DNA from: Gammaproteobacteria bacterium
Lineage (GTDB): Bacteria > Gemmatimonadota > Gemmatimonadetes > Longimicrobiales > Gaopeijiaceae
Direction of reading: 5' to 3'
Assembly: GCA_009840525.1 (NCBI GenBank)
Contig: VXNP01000060.1
Coordinates: 2,683-34,682, forward strand
DNA length: 32,000 bases
Part shown: piece after piece, positions 31,659-32,000 of the stretch
Layout of the letters: each line of letters opens with the position of its first letter
Numbering within the stretch: the stretch's first letter is position 1
Translations under genes and position numbers: made by a program
Notes under the pieces: model-generated
Seen by the model: the letters and a program-made list of their open reading frames with translations, nothing else
What the model was told of the DNA's origin: nothing
The model's database searches: none

Positions 31659-32000
31659 ATGGCCGAATACCATCTTCCCGCAGGCCCGGCCGAACTCTTG
31701 GAGACTGCGCGGCAGACGATCGGCAAGTACCTGGGCGGTGAGCACCACCTGCGTCTAGGCGGGGGCACGGCTCTTGCCGCCCGCTGGGGCCACCGTCACA
31801 GCACTGACGTCGATCTCTTCGTGACCCCCAGGGCCTTCAAGGGGCTCTTCGAGCATCGCGATGCCTTTCGGCGGGAGCTGTATGCGATGGTGGCGGAGCC
31901 CGCCAGTATCCACGTCAACGAAGGATTCGCGAAAATAGTCGTCGGCAAAACCGGGGACGAGATCAGCATCGACACCAGTGAGCCGCGGGGCGGGCGTTAG
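31659..32000 (+). CDS. Short Pol-beta-superfamily nucleotidyltransferase (AbiEii/MNT-like), 113 aa
   Basis: In track ORF 31521..32000 I prefer the ATG at 31659. The NTase motif LGGGTALAARWGHRHSTDVDLFV fits G-[GS]-x(9-13)-D-x-D. The in-frame TAG falls exactly at 31998-32000. The protein is much shorter than typical AbiEii toxins, so it may be an MNT-type minimal NTase or a truncation. Confidence 0.5.
   Translation: MAEYHLPAGPAELLETARQTIGKYLGGEHHLRLGGGTALAARWGHRHSTDVDLFVTPRAFKGLFEHRDAFRRELYAMVAEPASIHVNEGFAKIVVGKTGDEISIDTSEPRGGR

Noticed and set aside
1-32000. Scan for CRISPR arrays, tRNA/rRNA genes, IS elements, integrases and long direct or terminal inverted repeats
   Set aside because: I noticed no spaced direct-repeat array, no cloverleaf-compatible conserved tRNA motifs in the short intergenic regions, and no transposase- or integrase-like ORF. 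The only repeat of note is the diverged inverted pair of P450 3' ends, which is reported in the findings. A by-eye scan can miss short or degenerate elements.

Overview
High-GC bacterial chromosomal fragment from a diderm organism, judged from an outer-membrane barrel, an RND pump, and lipoprotein and Tat signals. The taxon cannot be determined from the sequence alone. I can support 22 protein-coding genes, two gene relics, and a few candidate promoters, operators and hairpins. I saw no rRNA, tRNA, CRISPR array, transposase or integrase. Most long ORFs in the six-frame track are antisense or out-of-frame artefacts typical of high-GC DNA. One real gene, recQ (1..1413, minus strand), is missing from the track because it runs off the left edge. 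Left flank (1-13.6 kb): recQ; an operon encoding a secreted triple-RidA fusion, a Gfo/Idh/MocA oxidoreductase and an amidase; a TLC-type (ATP:ADP antiporter-like) transporter; a geranylgeranyl-reductase-family flavoprotein; an S9 peptidase; an NCS2 permease with an extra C-terminal domain; and a MetA/phenol-degradation-type outer-membrane barrel. Centre (13.8-24.1 kb), the most interesting part: a visibly less GC-rich block. It holds an ERG6/SMT1-type sterol C-methyltransferase homologue, an orphan RND permease, a GPP34(GOLPH3)-cytochrome P450 fusion, a Spondin_N lipoprotein, and a minus-strand operon. That operon reads Rieske non-haem-iron oxygenase, then a 55-codon cytochrome P450 C-terminal relic whose ATG overlaps the Rieske stop, then an MpaB/Lcp-family oxygenase. 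I read this block as a candidate sterol/isoprenoid tailoring and trafficking cluster built largely from eukaryote-like parts. No sterol core-synthesis genes (oxidosqualene cyclase, squalene epoxidase) are in the window. Right flank (24.2-32 kb): an XRE regulator with a palindrome over its own -35, followed by a 350-aa protein I cannot place; a Tat-lipoprotein amidase; a decayed HigA-like relic; an operon of ABC ATPase, ABC-2 permease and amidohydrolase-CIA30 fusion; and a short Pol-beta-type nucleotidyltransferase ending at the window edge.
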